Shown here: positions 48,292-62,289 of the stretch, in pieces
Layout of the letters: each line of letters begins with the position of its first letter
Position numbering within the stretch: the stretch's first letter is position 1
DNA from: Octopus vulgaris
Lineage: Eukaryota
Reading direction: 5' to 3'
DNA: 64,000 nucleotides
NCBI GenBank assembly: GCA_951406725.2
Contig: OX597822.1
Location: forward strand, 90,272,001-90,336,000
Made by a program: the position numbers and the translations under genes
The notes under the pieces: generated by a model
Told to the model about the DNA's origin: nothing
The model's input: the letters and a program-made list of their open reading frames with translations, nothing else
Database searches by the model: none

Positions 48292-49070
48292 ACACGCACA
48301 ATATATTTATAAATAGGTTGACCGGAAAATTCGGTCCCAGAAATTATTAGTAAAATACCCATGAAAAGATTAATGAAACAATTAAAAAAATACATAACTA
48401 AATAGGAGAGTAATTTTATTGAAAAAATAAACTAATGTATAAAACAGCAAAAAGTACATTTATAATATTACCTTTTATCAGACATATTACACAAGAAATT
48501 AGGAAAATTGGATCCAAGAAAATTCGGTCCCGGAAAATTCAGTCCCCAAAAATATTTATCCCAGACATTATTAATATACTTCTCATGTAAACATTGATTT
48601 AACAAATCAGTATAAATAAAAAACAAAATAGAATAATAATTTTATTAATAAAAATATAAAAATCACATGTATAAACCAGCAGAAAAATAAGGGTAACCCA
48701 TGTTTAAACCATCAAAAATACATATATGATATTTCCTTTTATCAAGCATATTAAACAAAATATTAGGAAAATAGGTCTGAGGACATTCTGTCCCTGAAAA
48801 TTAAACCAAAGAATTTAATGGATGAGCAGTTGGCTTTAGGAAAGTTAATTTATCGTTACTATCATAAGACTGCACAAGATTTTTTTTATCTGCGTATCTA
48901 TTGACTGGTATTTTATCTTTTTCTGTGGATTATCTCCTCTTCAAGCATGAAATATTTTGGTCTCTGTAAGGGATTCTTCTTTTTGAAGAACATCAATAAG
49001 CTTCCAGATGTTTGGGTGCTTGTTATTAATGTGCGCAATGCTGAGTGAAACCCTTCAAGAGCATTGTTTG

Positions 49071-49497
49071 TCCGAGGCAATTCCTGAATTACTCAACTGT
49101 AAACATTCCAAAAATTAACTGGATACAAGGGCTTTTCTTGTCTGAGGCAATTCCTGAATTACTCAACTGTAAACATTCCAAAAATTAACTGGATACAAGG
49201 GCTTTTTTGTCTGAAGCAATTCCTGAATTACTCAACTGTAAACATTCCAAAAATTAACTGGATACAAGGGCTTTTCTTGTCCGAGGCAATTCCTGAATTA
49301 CTCAACTGTAAACATTCCAAAAATTAACTGGATACAAGGGCTTTTCTTGTCTGAGGCAATTCCTGAATTACTCAACTGTAAACATTCCAAAAATTAACTG
49401 GATACAAGGGCTTTTCTTGTCCGAGGCAATTCCTGAATTACTCAACTGTAAACATTCCAAAAATTAACTGGATACAAGGGCTTTTCTTGTCCGAGGC
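49071..49497. repeat. 70-bp tandem repeat, 6 full copies plus a partial copy, inside the MULE transposase
   Basis: Units start at 49071, 49141, 49210, 49280, 49350 and 49420, with a partial unit at 49490. Confidence 0.95.
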
Positions 49498-49971
49498 TTT
49501 TCCTGTCTGCCTCTTCTTCCTCTCTTTGGCCCAATGTATGTCAGCTCGAAATAGCTTATAAAATCTATTGGAATTCATTTTTCCTCACAGAGATCTTCAT
49601 AAGTATCAATTACTTCTTCTGGTGGTAAAAATGCCAGTGTGCAGAACATTTTTATTTTAGTGGCAAAAGAACAATCAGTACTATATTGAACTTATATCCA
49701 AGTTGCCATAATTTCCTATAAACTGTCTGGAAAAAATGAAATAAACAACCTATGCTGGGGCTTCCAGTAAAGTTATGGTCACAGCTGTTACAAATTGCCT
49801 GTTCAAAGTCAATCAGTACTTGACGATGGTTAATATTGGGCCATAATTTTTTTTATTCCAAGAAAAGTCTTGTCATATGTTGCTTGTGTTTTGTCTAGCA
49901 GTAGAATGAAAGCTTGAGGATAAGATCTACTATTTATGATAGCATGAATGGTGAAAAGCTGATACCATAAA

Positions 49972-50360
49972 CTTACTCTTTTACTTGTTTCAGTCATTTG
50001 ACTGCAGCCATTCTGGAGCACCGCCTTTCGTCGAGGAAATTGACCCCAGGACTTATTCTTTGTAAGCCTAGTACTTATTCTATCGGTCTCTTTTGCTGAA
50101 CCACTAAGTTACGGGGATGTAAACACACCACCATCGGTTGTCAAGCGATGTTAGGGGGACAAACACACACATATATATGCATATACATATACACGATGGG
50201 CTTCTTTCAGTTTCCGTCTACCAAATCCATTCATAAGGCTTTGGTCGGCCCGAGGCTATAGTAGAAGACACTTGCCCAAGGTGCCGCCACGCAGTGGGAC
50301 TGAACCCGGAACCATGTGGTTAGTAAGCAAGCTACTTACCACACAGCCACCCCTGCACCT
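49972..50360 (-). mobile_element. OR1-like CORE SINE inserted in the MULE
   Basis: Family match. The transposase reading resumes on both sides, with approximate TSD ataa(a)ctt. Confidence 0.9.
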
Positions 50361-50850
50361 ATAACTTGGTGATAATTTGAATATGCCATCCATTCCTAAA
50401 AATGTGGTGTTTTCCAGTTGTTGAAGACCTTCGTTAGAGGCAAAGATTAAAATCCTCTTTTCATTACAACTGCCTGTGTCACATTGCAGTAACAAATCAC
50501 CGCTTTCCATGTATTTAAAAGAATCAGGCACTTGAAATCCAGTTCAATGAAGAGGCAATGGAGGAGCACCAAAAGCTTTATTGTGCCAGTTTGTAATACT
50601 TCTAGAAAATGTTTGCAACCATGGTAATTCATGTTTCACATTCTCATTAATATTATTTGATGCTTCTGAAATGAGCACTCGAGTACTTGTTTCAACTCCA
50701 TCTTGCAACTTTTTTCTTAATAAATCTTTAGTTAAATATATTCAATTAGAATATTATAAACTGAATTTATATTGAGTGCTCAATTGTGTCAAAGTATCAA
50801 TACTATTAGAGTATTTATATATTTAATATGAGTGATTATATACATATATA

Positions 50851-51775
50851 TTTCCGGCTATCTCCAGCGATTTCCGGCTATCTCTGGCAATTGCCAGCTA
50901 TCTCCGGCGATTTTGGTGATTTCAGCAATTTCCAGCTATCTCCGGCAATTTCGGCAATTTGCAGTAATCTCCACGATTTCCGGCTATCTCCAGCGATTTC
51001 AGCGATCTCCAGTGATTTCCGGGCAATCTCCTGGCGATTTTCAGACAATCTCCGGGTGATTTCCAGTAATTTCCGGCAATCTTTTTTTGAAAAATTTTTC
51101 CTCAAAGATGTTTGAAAATTTTCCTCAAAATAATTTTTGTTTTTGAAAATTTCCCTCAAATTTTTTGAAAATTTTCCTCAAAAACTTTTGAAATTTTCAC
51201 TAAAAATTTTTGAAAATTTTTCCTGAAACTTTTTGAAAATTTTCCTCAAAAATTTTTGAAAATTTTCCCCAAAACTTTTTGAAAATTTTTCCGAAAAATT
51301 CTTTGAAAATTTTCCACAAATTTTCCTCAAAGATTTAAAAAAATTTTTCCCAAAAATATTTGAAAAATTTTTTGAAAATTTCCGGGCAATCTCGGGCGAT
51401 TTCTAGGCAATCCCCGGGTGATTTCCAGGTGAGTTCCGGGTAATCTCCGGGCGATTTCTGGGCATTCTACGGGCGATTTCCGGGCAATCTACTGGCGATT
51501 GTAAATTTTTCCCAAATATTTTTGAAAAATTTTTTGAAAATTTTCCTCAAAAATTTTTGAAAAGTTTTTTGAAAATTTCCCTCAAAAATTTTTGAAAAGT
51601 TTTCCCAAAAATTTTTGAAAATCCTCCCTAAAAATTATTGAAAAGTTTCCCAAAAAATTTTTGGAAAAATTTCCGGCAATCTCCAGTAATTTCCGGTAAT
51701 CTCTGGCAACTTCCGGCAATCTACGGCAATTTCTGGCAATCTCCAGTAATTTCTGGCAATCTCCGGCAATCTCTA
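50851..51775. repeat. Compound minisatellite (10/11-bp YTCCGGCRAT blocks alternating with about 21-bp TTTTGAAAATTTTCC blocks)
   Basis: Directly visible A-B-A-B-A block structure. Confidence 0.9.
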
Positions 51776-53439
51776 ACTAGGAAGATAGTTTTTGTATGCG
51801 GCAGATGCTCAGGAGCAATAAACACTGAAAATGCTCAGAGACCAACTTCTGCCACATTCCAGGGAGAAAAACTAGAAATAGTTGAGAGAATTGCTGGACC
51901 TAAGAAGCATCAGTTGTAGTGTGCAAGAGAGACGTAATCTTTAGATAATTAATTTATAAAATTAAAATCATTATAAAATAAACCTCTTCAGAGGTAGTAA
52001 AGATATGCTGATTAGAAATACATGTTAACATAATGGCTATAAACTGTTAACCGATAGCATATATACAAAAAGAGCCAGTTATAGAAGGCCTCAATATCAT
52101 AGGGTATTGAGGAGGAGGAAAAGAAAAAGAAAAATGCATGTATATATAAATATATATTAATACCATATAATATCATACTTATATCTATAATACTGCAATA
52201 CAAAAAATTTAAAGTTATAAAATTTATGTCAAGTTGAAGCAAACCATGGCAGTTGCATGTTAACCAAAGTTATCAGAAAGGGATAAATAATTTCTAAATA
52301 TAATAATAATAATAACTTATTGTTTATGTTTATGATAATAATGAAATAAAATTTAATTTAAATAAATAAATAGCAAGTCTAGAATAAGATGGAAAGAGAG
52401 AATATCAAAATACATAATATAACCTTACATTCCTCAAGAAAATTTATTTCAAGCCTTTAAGGTAAAAAAACAATAATAATAAAATAAACTATTGGATAGG
52501 AAAAAAGTTTTTAAATTTCAGACATATAGCATTCTGTTTGAGAAACCGGAAGTAAATATTCTATGAAACATGCTTAAGGAGATAAAGGAATTATTAATAA
52601 AATAGACATTATGTAAGAGGAAATACTTATATATAAATAAATTGAAAATAAAATAAATGACAATGAATTATGTAAAATGCTTTCATGTATAGCAGGGATG
52701 TAGGGGAAAATATATATATAAAGGCAGCAAAGTCAGAACAAATTTAAATGAGGGCATATCTGAAAATGTAATCAGAGGTAATAATATATTTGTGTATTTA
52801 AGCAGTGAATTAGGAATCAGCTCAATATGCTATTAATTTGGCACATTGTAGTACTAAATAAAATATAAATATAATATAAAATAAATAAATAAAAATAAAA
52901 ACAATCGAGGATAAATAATGAAGTTAATGAAAAATCAAGATTAAAAAAGAGATATATCTACATATATACAGGGATTCTACCACTCTTAATTAGGGGGATA
53001 AACATAACTATATAGTTCGTACATAAGTAGATGTATCATATACTAGTTATTATATACGAACTAATAAGACTAATTAAGATATAAGCTTAATTATATATCA
53101 GAAATAAAATACATCATTCTATTATATATATATATATATAAAACTTGAGTCATATATCACTGTGCAAAACAGTTAAGGGGATATAATATGAGATTTACAA
53201 AAAGCTCTTAATTTTCATAAACTAATTGGAGTGTATTATAAGACTTAACATGCATTTAATCAGGTAGATCAACTTATATGCAAAATATAATTTTATACAT
53301 GTTTGTTGACACCACCACAAGAGACAAATTGGTGTACCACTTTAGAAGAGCCCTAGACAAACTTAAGCTAAGAATTAAGGCCAGGCAACCCTATCAAATC
53401 CCAAATCAGTAGAACCGCCTGTACTGATAGGAACTATAC

Positions 53440-53590
53440 TGTATGTAGGTGTAGCCCTCAAACTGTAAAGCCAGGAATGTAGTCTATAGTATAAGATGTA
53501 CAGAGGGATGGTGCAGTAACAAGACAACGATGTACGTTGGGGAAACAGCACAGAGCATAGGAGGATGGGTAAATGAGCATTGGAGGGAAC
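53440..53590 (+). mobile_element. PLE GIY-YIG fragment
   Basis: CKARNVVYSIRC...MYVGETAQSIGGWVNEHW. Confidence 0.7.
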
Positions 53591-53957
53591 TTAAGGAAGA
53601 GAAGAGCTCATCGGTTCTGTACCCGCACACCGAGCAGGAACACAGCTCTTCAATTCCCTGCCATAAAAATTAAGATATCTGTATAAGGTGGAAGTAGATG
53701 TCTTCAAAAAGGAACTAGAGGTCCTCCTCTCCACAATACTGGTTGAACCAACAGCTCGATATGAGGTACAGATGAGGGCAGTGGAATCAAATTCCCTTAT
53801 ACACGAAATGGGCCAACAATTTGATATAAGAAGGGCATCCAGCTGTAGAAACACTGCCAGATCAGACTGGAGCCTGGTGCAGCCTCCTGGCTTCCTAGAC
53901 CCCGGCCGAACCATCCAACCCATGCTAGCATGGAAAACGAATGTTAAACGATGATGA
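53590..53957 (+). mobile_element. CR1-like LINE 3' end fused to an RTE tail
   Basis: GTQLFNSLP..VDVFKKELEVLLS..ESNSLIH, followed directly by the RTE 3' UTR ending (gat)n. Confidence 0.7.
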
Positions 53958-54512
53958 TGTAGATGTAGATGTATGATTGTGTATAGAATCAAAGAAATTT
54001 CAGCTTTGATTTTCATGTTTTATTTACAATCTTATAATAATATACGATAATATAATATAATGAAATGATAGAATATTAACTATCCATTATGATTGAACTA
54101 GTACTTTCATGCATTAAACTATATAGTAGTGGTGACAGTTATGTCTTTTTTTTCAATTTACAACTGTAGTGAGATGGCTAAAATGCATGACGTTATCACA
54201 TTTATATAAACCCCAGAATGTTAAGTTTTGCAAATTGTATTCTGAGCAATCAGTGTTTCGCTTTACTAAATTACTTAAGTTGATTGGTGCTTGGTTTAGG
54301 CATCACAGTTTGCTGAACATGTCAAAAGACCTGTATTTTGACCCTGGCCAAAGCAGTTATTGTTTGGCTATTTTTAAAAATGTTGTAAACAATATTTCTC
54401 AGGCATTTTTACATTTCAATTATCCTCATTATAATTATCATCACCTTTATTATTGTTGTCATTGTTGTAGTAGCAGTGGTGGTTGGAGTAGCTGTAGTAA
54501 AAGAACTTTAAA

Positions 54513-54816
54513 CCACATAGGCTATCATTGCACATAGGTAATGACTGGTCTGTGTTGCTAAGGTCAAACTTTGCCTTTGTTAATAATTTTTTACTAAGAA
54601 CCATAGCTCAGTCTGTGATTATATTCATTACTTTGAGCAATGATTGATAGGTTTGTTTTGGCAATGTTCAAGATATTCTAGTGACACGGGTTGTGTGTCA
54701 CTGTAAATTTATAGCCTACAAACTTGAGAAAACGATATCAAAGGCAGAGTTTGACCTTAGCAACAAAGACCAATCAGTTCAGTCACTGTATCTAAATGCA
54801 ATGATAGCTGATGTGG
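54513..54816. mobile_element. Degenerate foldback MITE
   Basis: gctatcattgca...ttgctaaggtcaaactttgcctttg pairs with caaaggcagagtttgaccttagcaa...tgcaatgatagc. Confidence 0.75.
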
Positions 54817-54869
54817 CACATGACAATTCATACATACCAGCCATTATATGAACACAAAGACCAGAAAAA

Positions 54870-55095
54870 TATTCACAAATGCTAATATGAACTCCAAAAG
54901 CAGAAATTTAATTTACTGCATCAAATGCCTGAATTGCGAAGAACTATATGTGGGGTCAGACTTGAAATGCACTATCAGAATGTTCACATGCGTACCAACA
55001 GCAAATTAAAAACCTAGATGTCCATCAGATACCTTTGAGTAACCATCAGGCAACGTGTAGTTGGAAAATATTTATATTTCCATTCCACAAACAAC
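54870..55095 (+). mobile_element. PLE GIY-YIG fragment
   Basis: NLIYCIKCLNCEELYVG...QQQIK...HQIPLSNH. Confidence 0.65.
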
Positions 55096-55844
55096 ACAGT
55101 CCAAATGAAATCAGCGTTGGTGGTGGCGGCAGAGCGTAGGCGATGGACCAGAAGGTGGCAGGGAGACAGCCGAGGAAGGGAAGTTTGAAGAAGGCACTTG
55201 TGGTCAGGACTGGGCCATGGGCAGTGCATGGACAAGGGCCTGAAAGAGCAGTAGAGAGACAGCTGCATGCATGCGCCGGTGTACGTGGAGTTCTGGGCGG
55301 CATCCGCAATCATTGGCGCTGCAGCACAGACGTCGACAAAAATCTCTGCAGGCTGGCTTGTACCCCTTACTGTAGTCTGGACCTTGTTGGGGCGCAATGC
55401 TCACCTAAAGTGTGGCTGTTCTGTGTGAAGCTTCCAGCGATTTGCTGGACAGACCATGTCACGGTATCGACCACATCAGCTATGCTGTCCACGAAGCAAG
55501 AGCTGCCAGGCTACCAACATTGGCGGCAGTGGTGTCTAATGAACGTGGACGAGCAAGAAATCATGAAGGAAGACGAGGAGCCATCACTGAGGTGCAGGTG
55601 AGGGTGAGGTGAGCGCATAGTTGGCCAACATGTGGTAATGACCAACGCATCGCATTAGTGCATGCTAACTGGCACATGCTATCGTGCTCGATACTGTTGA
55701 CAACAACGACCTTATTAGCCATTGACCGCCGCCTTAGCCACGTCTGTAACACATAGACGCACTCACTCGTGGTCAATATCGCTGAGATGACAGCCTGTCG
55801 ATCACACTGTGTCAAGAACCTAGCTTCCACAAAAAAAGGAAGTA

Positions 55845-55988
55845 TTTATATGTATGATATACATGTGTATATATATAATGTGTGTGTGTGTGTGTATATA
55901 TATATATGTGTGTGTGTGTATGTGATATATATATACATATGATCCCTATATATATATATATGTATATATATGTATATGTATATATATG

Positions 55989-56032
<44 letters not shown>

Positions 56033-56074
56033 CATATATATGATATCTATATCATATACATATATAGATAAGTA

Positions 56075-56168
<94 letters not shown>

Positions 56169-56736
56169 ATATATATATACATATGATCCATATATATATA
56201 TGATATCTATATCATATACATATATAGATATGTATGATATATATTTATATAATATACATATATATATGTGTGTGATGTACATATGATACACACAGACATA
56301 TATATGATATGCATATTTATATATACATATGATATATATATGATATGCACATTATACATATATATATATATGATATACGTATATATACATGTATATATGA
56401 TATATGTATAAGACACACACACACATACATATTGTTTATATGATATATATATATATATATCATATAAAAAGAATAACAAGAAAATAGAGATGTAATGAAT
56501 AAAATAATATTTATTAAGTAAAAAACATGATAATCAAGAAAGAATATGTTATTAATTACATATGTATTTCCTCATTATTCTTTAAATAAATAAATATATG
56601 AACCATGGTTTTTATGGGTACCTTAAATTTGAACTTTCAATTGATTGACAAATAACCAGAATTTTCATTGGATTTATAATCCCTTAATAAGGGTTAGACC
56701 CTTTACTTGAATATATATAAATATATATGTATATAT

Positions 56737-56778
<42 letters not shown>

Positions 56779-57057
56779 CATATATATGTGTGTGTGATAT
56801 GCAAATATATACATATAGGCAATATGTATATATATAATATGTATATATCATATAAATATATATAATATGTATATGCCATATATGTATATATAGTATGTAT
56901 ATATCATATATATAATATATATGTATTTATAACATGTATATATATATATGATATGCATGTATATATTCATATACATATATATATGTATAATATATATGAA
57001 TGATATATTTAATATATACATATATATTTATATATGTTATATACATATATATATATG

Positions 57058-57089
<32 letters not shown>

Positions 57090-57125
57090 CATCATCATCA
57101 TCATCGTATATATATATATTTATAT
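55845..57125. repeat. Extended (TA)n/(TG)n/(CA)n low-complexity tract
   Basis: Directly visible. Confidence 0.95.
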
Positions 57126-57925
57126 CATCATCATCGTTTAACCTCCGTTTTCCATGCTAGCATGGGTTGGATGGTTCGACCAGGGTCTGGGAAGCCAGAA
57201 GGCTGCACCAGGCTCCAGTCTGATCTTGCAGTGTTTCTACAGCTGGATGCCCTTCCTAACGCCAACCACTCCCAGAGTGTAGTGGGTGCTTTTTACGTGC
57301 CCCCAGCACAGGTGCCAGGCAAAGCTGGCAACGGCCATTGTCGGTTGGTGCTATTTACGTGCCACCTGCACAGGAGTCAGTACAGCGGCACTGGCAATTG
57401 CCGGGTGCCAGTCATAGGATTGGTTCAATTTCTATTCCGATTCACTTGCCCCAACAGGTCTTCGCAAGCAGAGTTTAGTGTCCAGTGAAGGGAGGTTGGC
57501 ATGGGTGCCAGTCGTCGGATGAGGTTCGATTTCGAATTCAATTTCGACTTCACTCGCCTCAACAGGTCTTTTTGATTTCACTTGCCTCAACAGGTCTTCG
57601 CATGTCCAAGGAAGGAAAGGCATGCATAAGTGGGCTGGCTACATCCCTGGCAAAGGCCATAGGATGGTCTTGCTTGTCCTGCTGGGTCTTCTCACGCACA
57701 GCATATTTCCAAAGTTCCTGGTCACTAGTCATTGCCTCGGTGAGGCCTAATGTTCAAAGGTCGTGCTTCATCACCTCGTCCCAGGTTTTCCTGGGTCTAC
57801 CTCTTCCACAGGTTCCCTCAACTGCTAGGGATTGGCACTTTTTCACACACCTATCTTCATCCATTCTTGCCACATGACCATACCAGTGCAATCGTCTCTC
57901 TTGCACACCATATCCAATGCTTCTT
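57125..57925 (-). mobile_element. RTE LINE 3' end
   Basis: VQERRLHWYGHVARMDEDRCVKKC..EGTCGRGRPRKTW, plus 3' UTR and tail. Confidence 0.9.
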
Positions 57926-58336
57926 AGGTCCATCCTATTGTTGCGGAACTGTCTCCAGAGGGAAATGCAATCTTTCAGGATGATAATACACCAATTCACA
58001 CAGTTAAAGTTGTTACTGAATGACTTGAGGAACATTCTAGTGAAGTTGAACATCTTAACTGGCTACCACAGTCCCCAGATTTCAATGTTACAGAACATTC
58101 ATGGTGCATTTTAGAAAAGCAATTAAGGAGTCAATATCCTCCACTATCATCACTACAAGAACTGGAGACTATTTTAGCTGAAGAATGGACAAAAATTCCT
58201 TTGGAAACAATTCAAACTTTGTATGAGTCCATACCTCATAGACTTCATGCTGTAATTACTTTCAAAGGTGGTCCTACCCCATATTAAAATAAATTTGCTT
58301 GAAATTTTAAGGTGTTTTCATTATTGTGTCCAACCC

Positions 58337-58339
<3 letters not shown>
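57925..58339 (+). mobile_element. Tc1 transposon 3' fragment
   Basis: IFQDDNTPIH...WLPQSPDFNVTEH...KGGPTPY*; ends ccaacccctg|TA. Confidence 0.88.
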
Positions 58340-58379
<40 letters not shown>

Positions 58380-58389
58380 TAGATAAACT

Positions 58390-59390
58390 TAGAAATGTTT
58401 CAACCAAAGATTGTTCCAGGCCATGTCTAACTTAATAGCACCACCTGATAGGATTATCTAAATCCTTTTTTAAGTCAAGTTTTGTTTATGGTCCATTCAA
58501 GTAGTGAGTTCTTGTTGAGTGAGTTGTATCCAGGTATGGGTGGATTATCTGGTATTCTTTGAAGAAAACTGTCCAGACTCTGTTTAAAGGTAAAGGGATC
58601 CATTTCTTCTTTGATCAGTTTTAGGACAATGTTAAATAGGGCAGGGCCTGTTGAAGAAAAGAAATTATGTCGTAGTGTACCTATATGTTGTGATCCTGAA
58701 CTGGGCAGGGGACTATGGCCCGTGGTCCCAGTCTTGGATGAACCTTGAAACTAATGTTCAGGTTGTTTGGGCAATGCTGGCGGTATATTCTCCACATTGT
58801 ACAAATGATGTACCACTCACAGCAGTGCTGGAGAGAGTAGAGTTTCAATGCTTTAAGGTGGTCCCAGTAATTGAGATCAGTCACGCCTACATTTCATTTA
58901 GTGAGTGCCCTCTGGGGTGAATCAATCCTCGAGATGTTTTGTTTTGTATGGGGATACTACAAGGGGTAGCAGTATTCGAGGTGTGGCTGTACAAAGGAGG
59001 AGGAAAGTGGAATGGTGACACCTTGTTCTCTGGACCAGAAGGTTCTTAAGATCCAGGACTCATCCTACGAGCTATATTGACCTTATTGTTGATGCGGGCA
59101 CTCCAACTGAGATTGTTATCAACAATTACACCTAGGTCTCTGATATTATTAGATGCCTGAGCGGTTCCCCTGAAGGAAGAGAGTATGGCTATTTTAGTAT
59201 AGACTTTCTTCCAAAATGCATCAGCTCAAATTTTCCCTCATTCAGTTGCATTTTGTTTTTATCTGCCCATTGACTCACAGCATATAGATCAGACTGGAGT
59301 TGAGTTCAGTCTTCTTCTTCATTGATGATTTGCTAGAGCTTAGTGTCATCAGCAAATATTTTCACTTTGCAGTGATTTACGACACTGAGG
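58390..59390 (-). mobile_element. CR1-like LINE 3' portion
   Basis: FADDTK, RDLGVIVDNNLSW, HLEYC, LNYWDHLKALKLYSLQ and GPALFN motifs. Confidence 0.85.
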
Positions 59391-60119
59391 GATATATATA
59401 TACACTCACACGCACACACGTGTTTATACACATGCACACACAAATGAACCCACACATACCTCCCATACACACACAGCACACACTCATACATACACACACA
59501 CAATTATACATACATGTACACACATGCACATACAAGCACACATACACAGAATAAAGTATTGTTTTTCCACACACACACACACCCCTTATGCATACACACA
59601 TACATACACGAACACACATACTGCAAACAAAACACACACACACTACATATACATTCATGCACACACACATACCTCAAACTACTAGTACCTTCTACTAACC
59701 ATTCTCCTACATGTGTAGGTAGACACACAACAGGCAGCCACTCCTACCAAAATTCTTACTATAAATTCTTCCTATGACCTTAAACAATACTAAACCCCCC
59801 ACACACACACGCACATTCTATCATTACACACACAGACCTGCACGGATGCACATACCCACATATACCGCCTTCTCTTACACTCTCCTGTCTTTGAAAGAAC
59901 TTTTTCTTCACCCATTCCCTTCCGGTCATTTCAATATGTGACCGTGTGTGTATCATTGGCGATTTACTTTCTCTGTCTTCCTTTCCTTTTTTCTATATTT
60001 CTGACGAAGAGCTCCGCTCAAAACTTTAAATCCTCCTTCTTTCTTTCCTTTCCTGAGCGTCCAATAACACTATACTTGTTCCACGTCCTCGCATTGTGCT
60101 TTTTTGTTCATGTTTGGAT

Positions 60120-60171
<52 letters not shown>

Positions 60172-60331
60172 CATATATACACATACATACATACATATAC
60201 ATATATATATATAAATTAAATTAGAGATAAAACCACTATTAGGCAAATCAAATTTAATTGATATTTATACTGTGAAATTAGATTTAATCCTAAATCTAAC
60301 TTTTCCCTGTAAGTTTGGATTTACTCCCTAA

Positions 60332-60393
<62 letters not shown>

Positions 60394-60777
60394 TAGATAG
60401 ATATATCATCATCATCGTTTAACGCACACATCCATAATGGGACTCTCCTATCAGTTTTGATGTATGAGGGTCCAACAACCTATACTTCCTTTGTCAGTCA
60501 TAATGCTTATGTTGAATGTGATATTTGAGTCCTGCCAACAATTTGCAAAGAAGCACACAGATGTTGCAACCATGCGGATTACAGCTCATTGCATGCAGTG
60601 TATTTGCAGTTGCTTTTCACCTTTGCCTTGCACTCCTAAGTTTGTTAATGCTGGTTGAAACAAAGTCTCTTATACCATTTTAACATGACTAACTCCATTT
60701 TGTTTGCTTAAAGCTGCTGTGAGCTGTGTTGACTGCTGAAAGGTTACTTTTCAGTTTTTCCTTATATCTGAGCCAAG

Positions 60778-61121
60778 TAATTAGGAAGTCTCATAGATTT
60801 TGCAAAATGGGTGAATGATGCATAGTACCTATGCTTACACGAGAGAATTACATCTGAGTATCTATTAAGTAAGGAAGAATTGTGGTTGCGAAGGATGGTG
60901 AGTGATTCTTTTAAACACAGATTACAAACACCAAAGTTTATGCTTTAAAGGAGCCTCACTGATGATGGAATTTGTAATCTGTGTTTAAGGGAATCACTCA
61001 CCATCCTCCACAACCATAACTCCTCATTACTTAATAGATTCTCAGATGTAATTCTTTCATGTAAGCACAGGTACTACTCATCATTTGCCCATTTGATGAA
61101 ATTTATGTGACTCTCTAATTA
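60778..61121. mobile_element. Palindromic MITE
   Basis: gagaattacatctgagtatctattaagtaa pairs with ttacttaatagattctcagatgtaattct; arms of about 155 bp. Confidence 0.85.
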
Positions 61122-62015
61122 TGATTAAACTTAACTGCAGTTAACATTAAATTACAACTTGATTACACTAGTAACATAAACTTTCTAGTAAATATATCCC
61201 TTCTTAACATTACTCTTACTAATTTCCTCCTACACAGAGCACATAGCCCCTTACAACCACTGCATCCCCATTCCTTGAATTCCATTCCCTAATCTCCTCT
61301 TCGCTCTTTCAACTAAAATTACTCACTCTCCATTGCTGACCTATCTTCATTACTGAAATTCCCCCTTTCCCACTCCACTTGAATTTGATTGACCCTTTCC
61401 CTCACTTAACATTCCCTCCCCATTCTTCTGTCACTATCTTAACTTCTCTTAATTATATTGACTACTACCCTAAATTTTTAACAGCTATTCAAAAACCCAG
61501 CAGCATTGACCATCTTCAAATACTACATACTACCTCTCCCATTTATCTCCCAGTTCTTCACTTCTACTACTAAAACTAAATCTCTCAGTACCCTAAGCAT
61601 TCACCCCTCCATCATTTTGACATGACTCTCTGGCCTCTTCTCACTACCCTTGTTCCAACACTCCACATACACACTTACATTCAGCTACCTACTCCTCCTG
61701 CCATTACCACTCCCTTGCCTCCTACTATACTTATTCTGCCATTAAATTTCCCTGCATAATGATCTCATATGTTAGACTCTTATGTATCCACTCTGATGAA
61801 GGAGGCTCTGGCATTTACTAATGTTTGCTTGTTTCTATAACCGGATGCGAATTTTCGATGAAATACATCTGCCAACATTTTGAAGTAACTCTGAGCCCTC
61901 AAAACAGCTGTTGAGTTTATAATTTATTAGACTCTTATGTATCCACTCTGATGAAGGAGGCTCTGGCATTTCAATCATTTCTCTCTTTCTCTCTCCTATA
62001 TATATATATATATAA

Positions 62016-62050
<35 letters not shown>

Positions 62051-62114
62051 CTGTTGAGTTTATGTAATCTGAAGTTTACTCTATAAAAGATATAACCACT
62101 GGGCCAATGCGCCT

Positions 62115-62289
<175 letters not shown>

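Larger units (their letters stand above)
48320..50800 (-). mobile_element. Mutator (MULE) transposon relic
   Basis: RILIFAS, FLGMDGIFK, YQLFTIHA, VLIDFEQA, GCLFHFFQ and PRTNNALEGFH motifs. Subterminal ggaaaattcggtccc repeats at about 48324 and 48520. Confidence 0.85.

Noticed and set aside
49071-49497. CRISPR-like regular array
   Set aside because: Units are contiguous with no unique spacers, derive from transposase sequence, and the DNA is eukaryotic.
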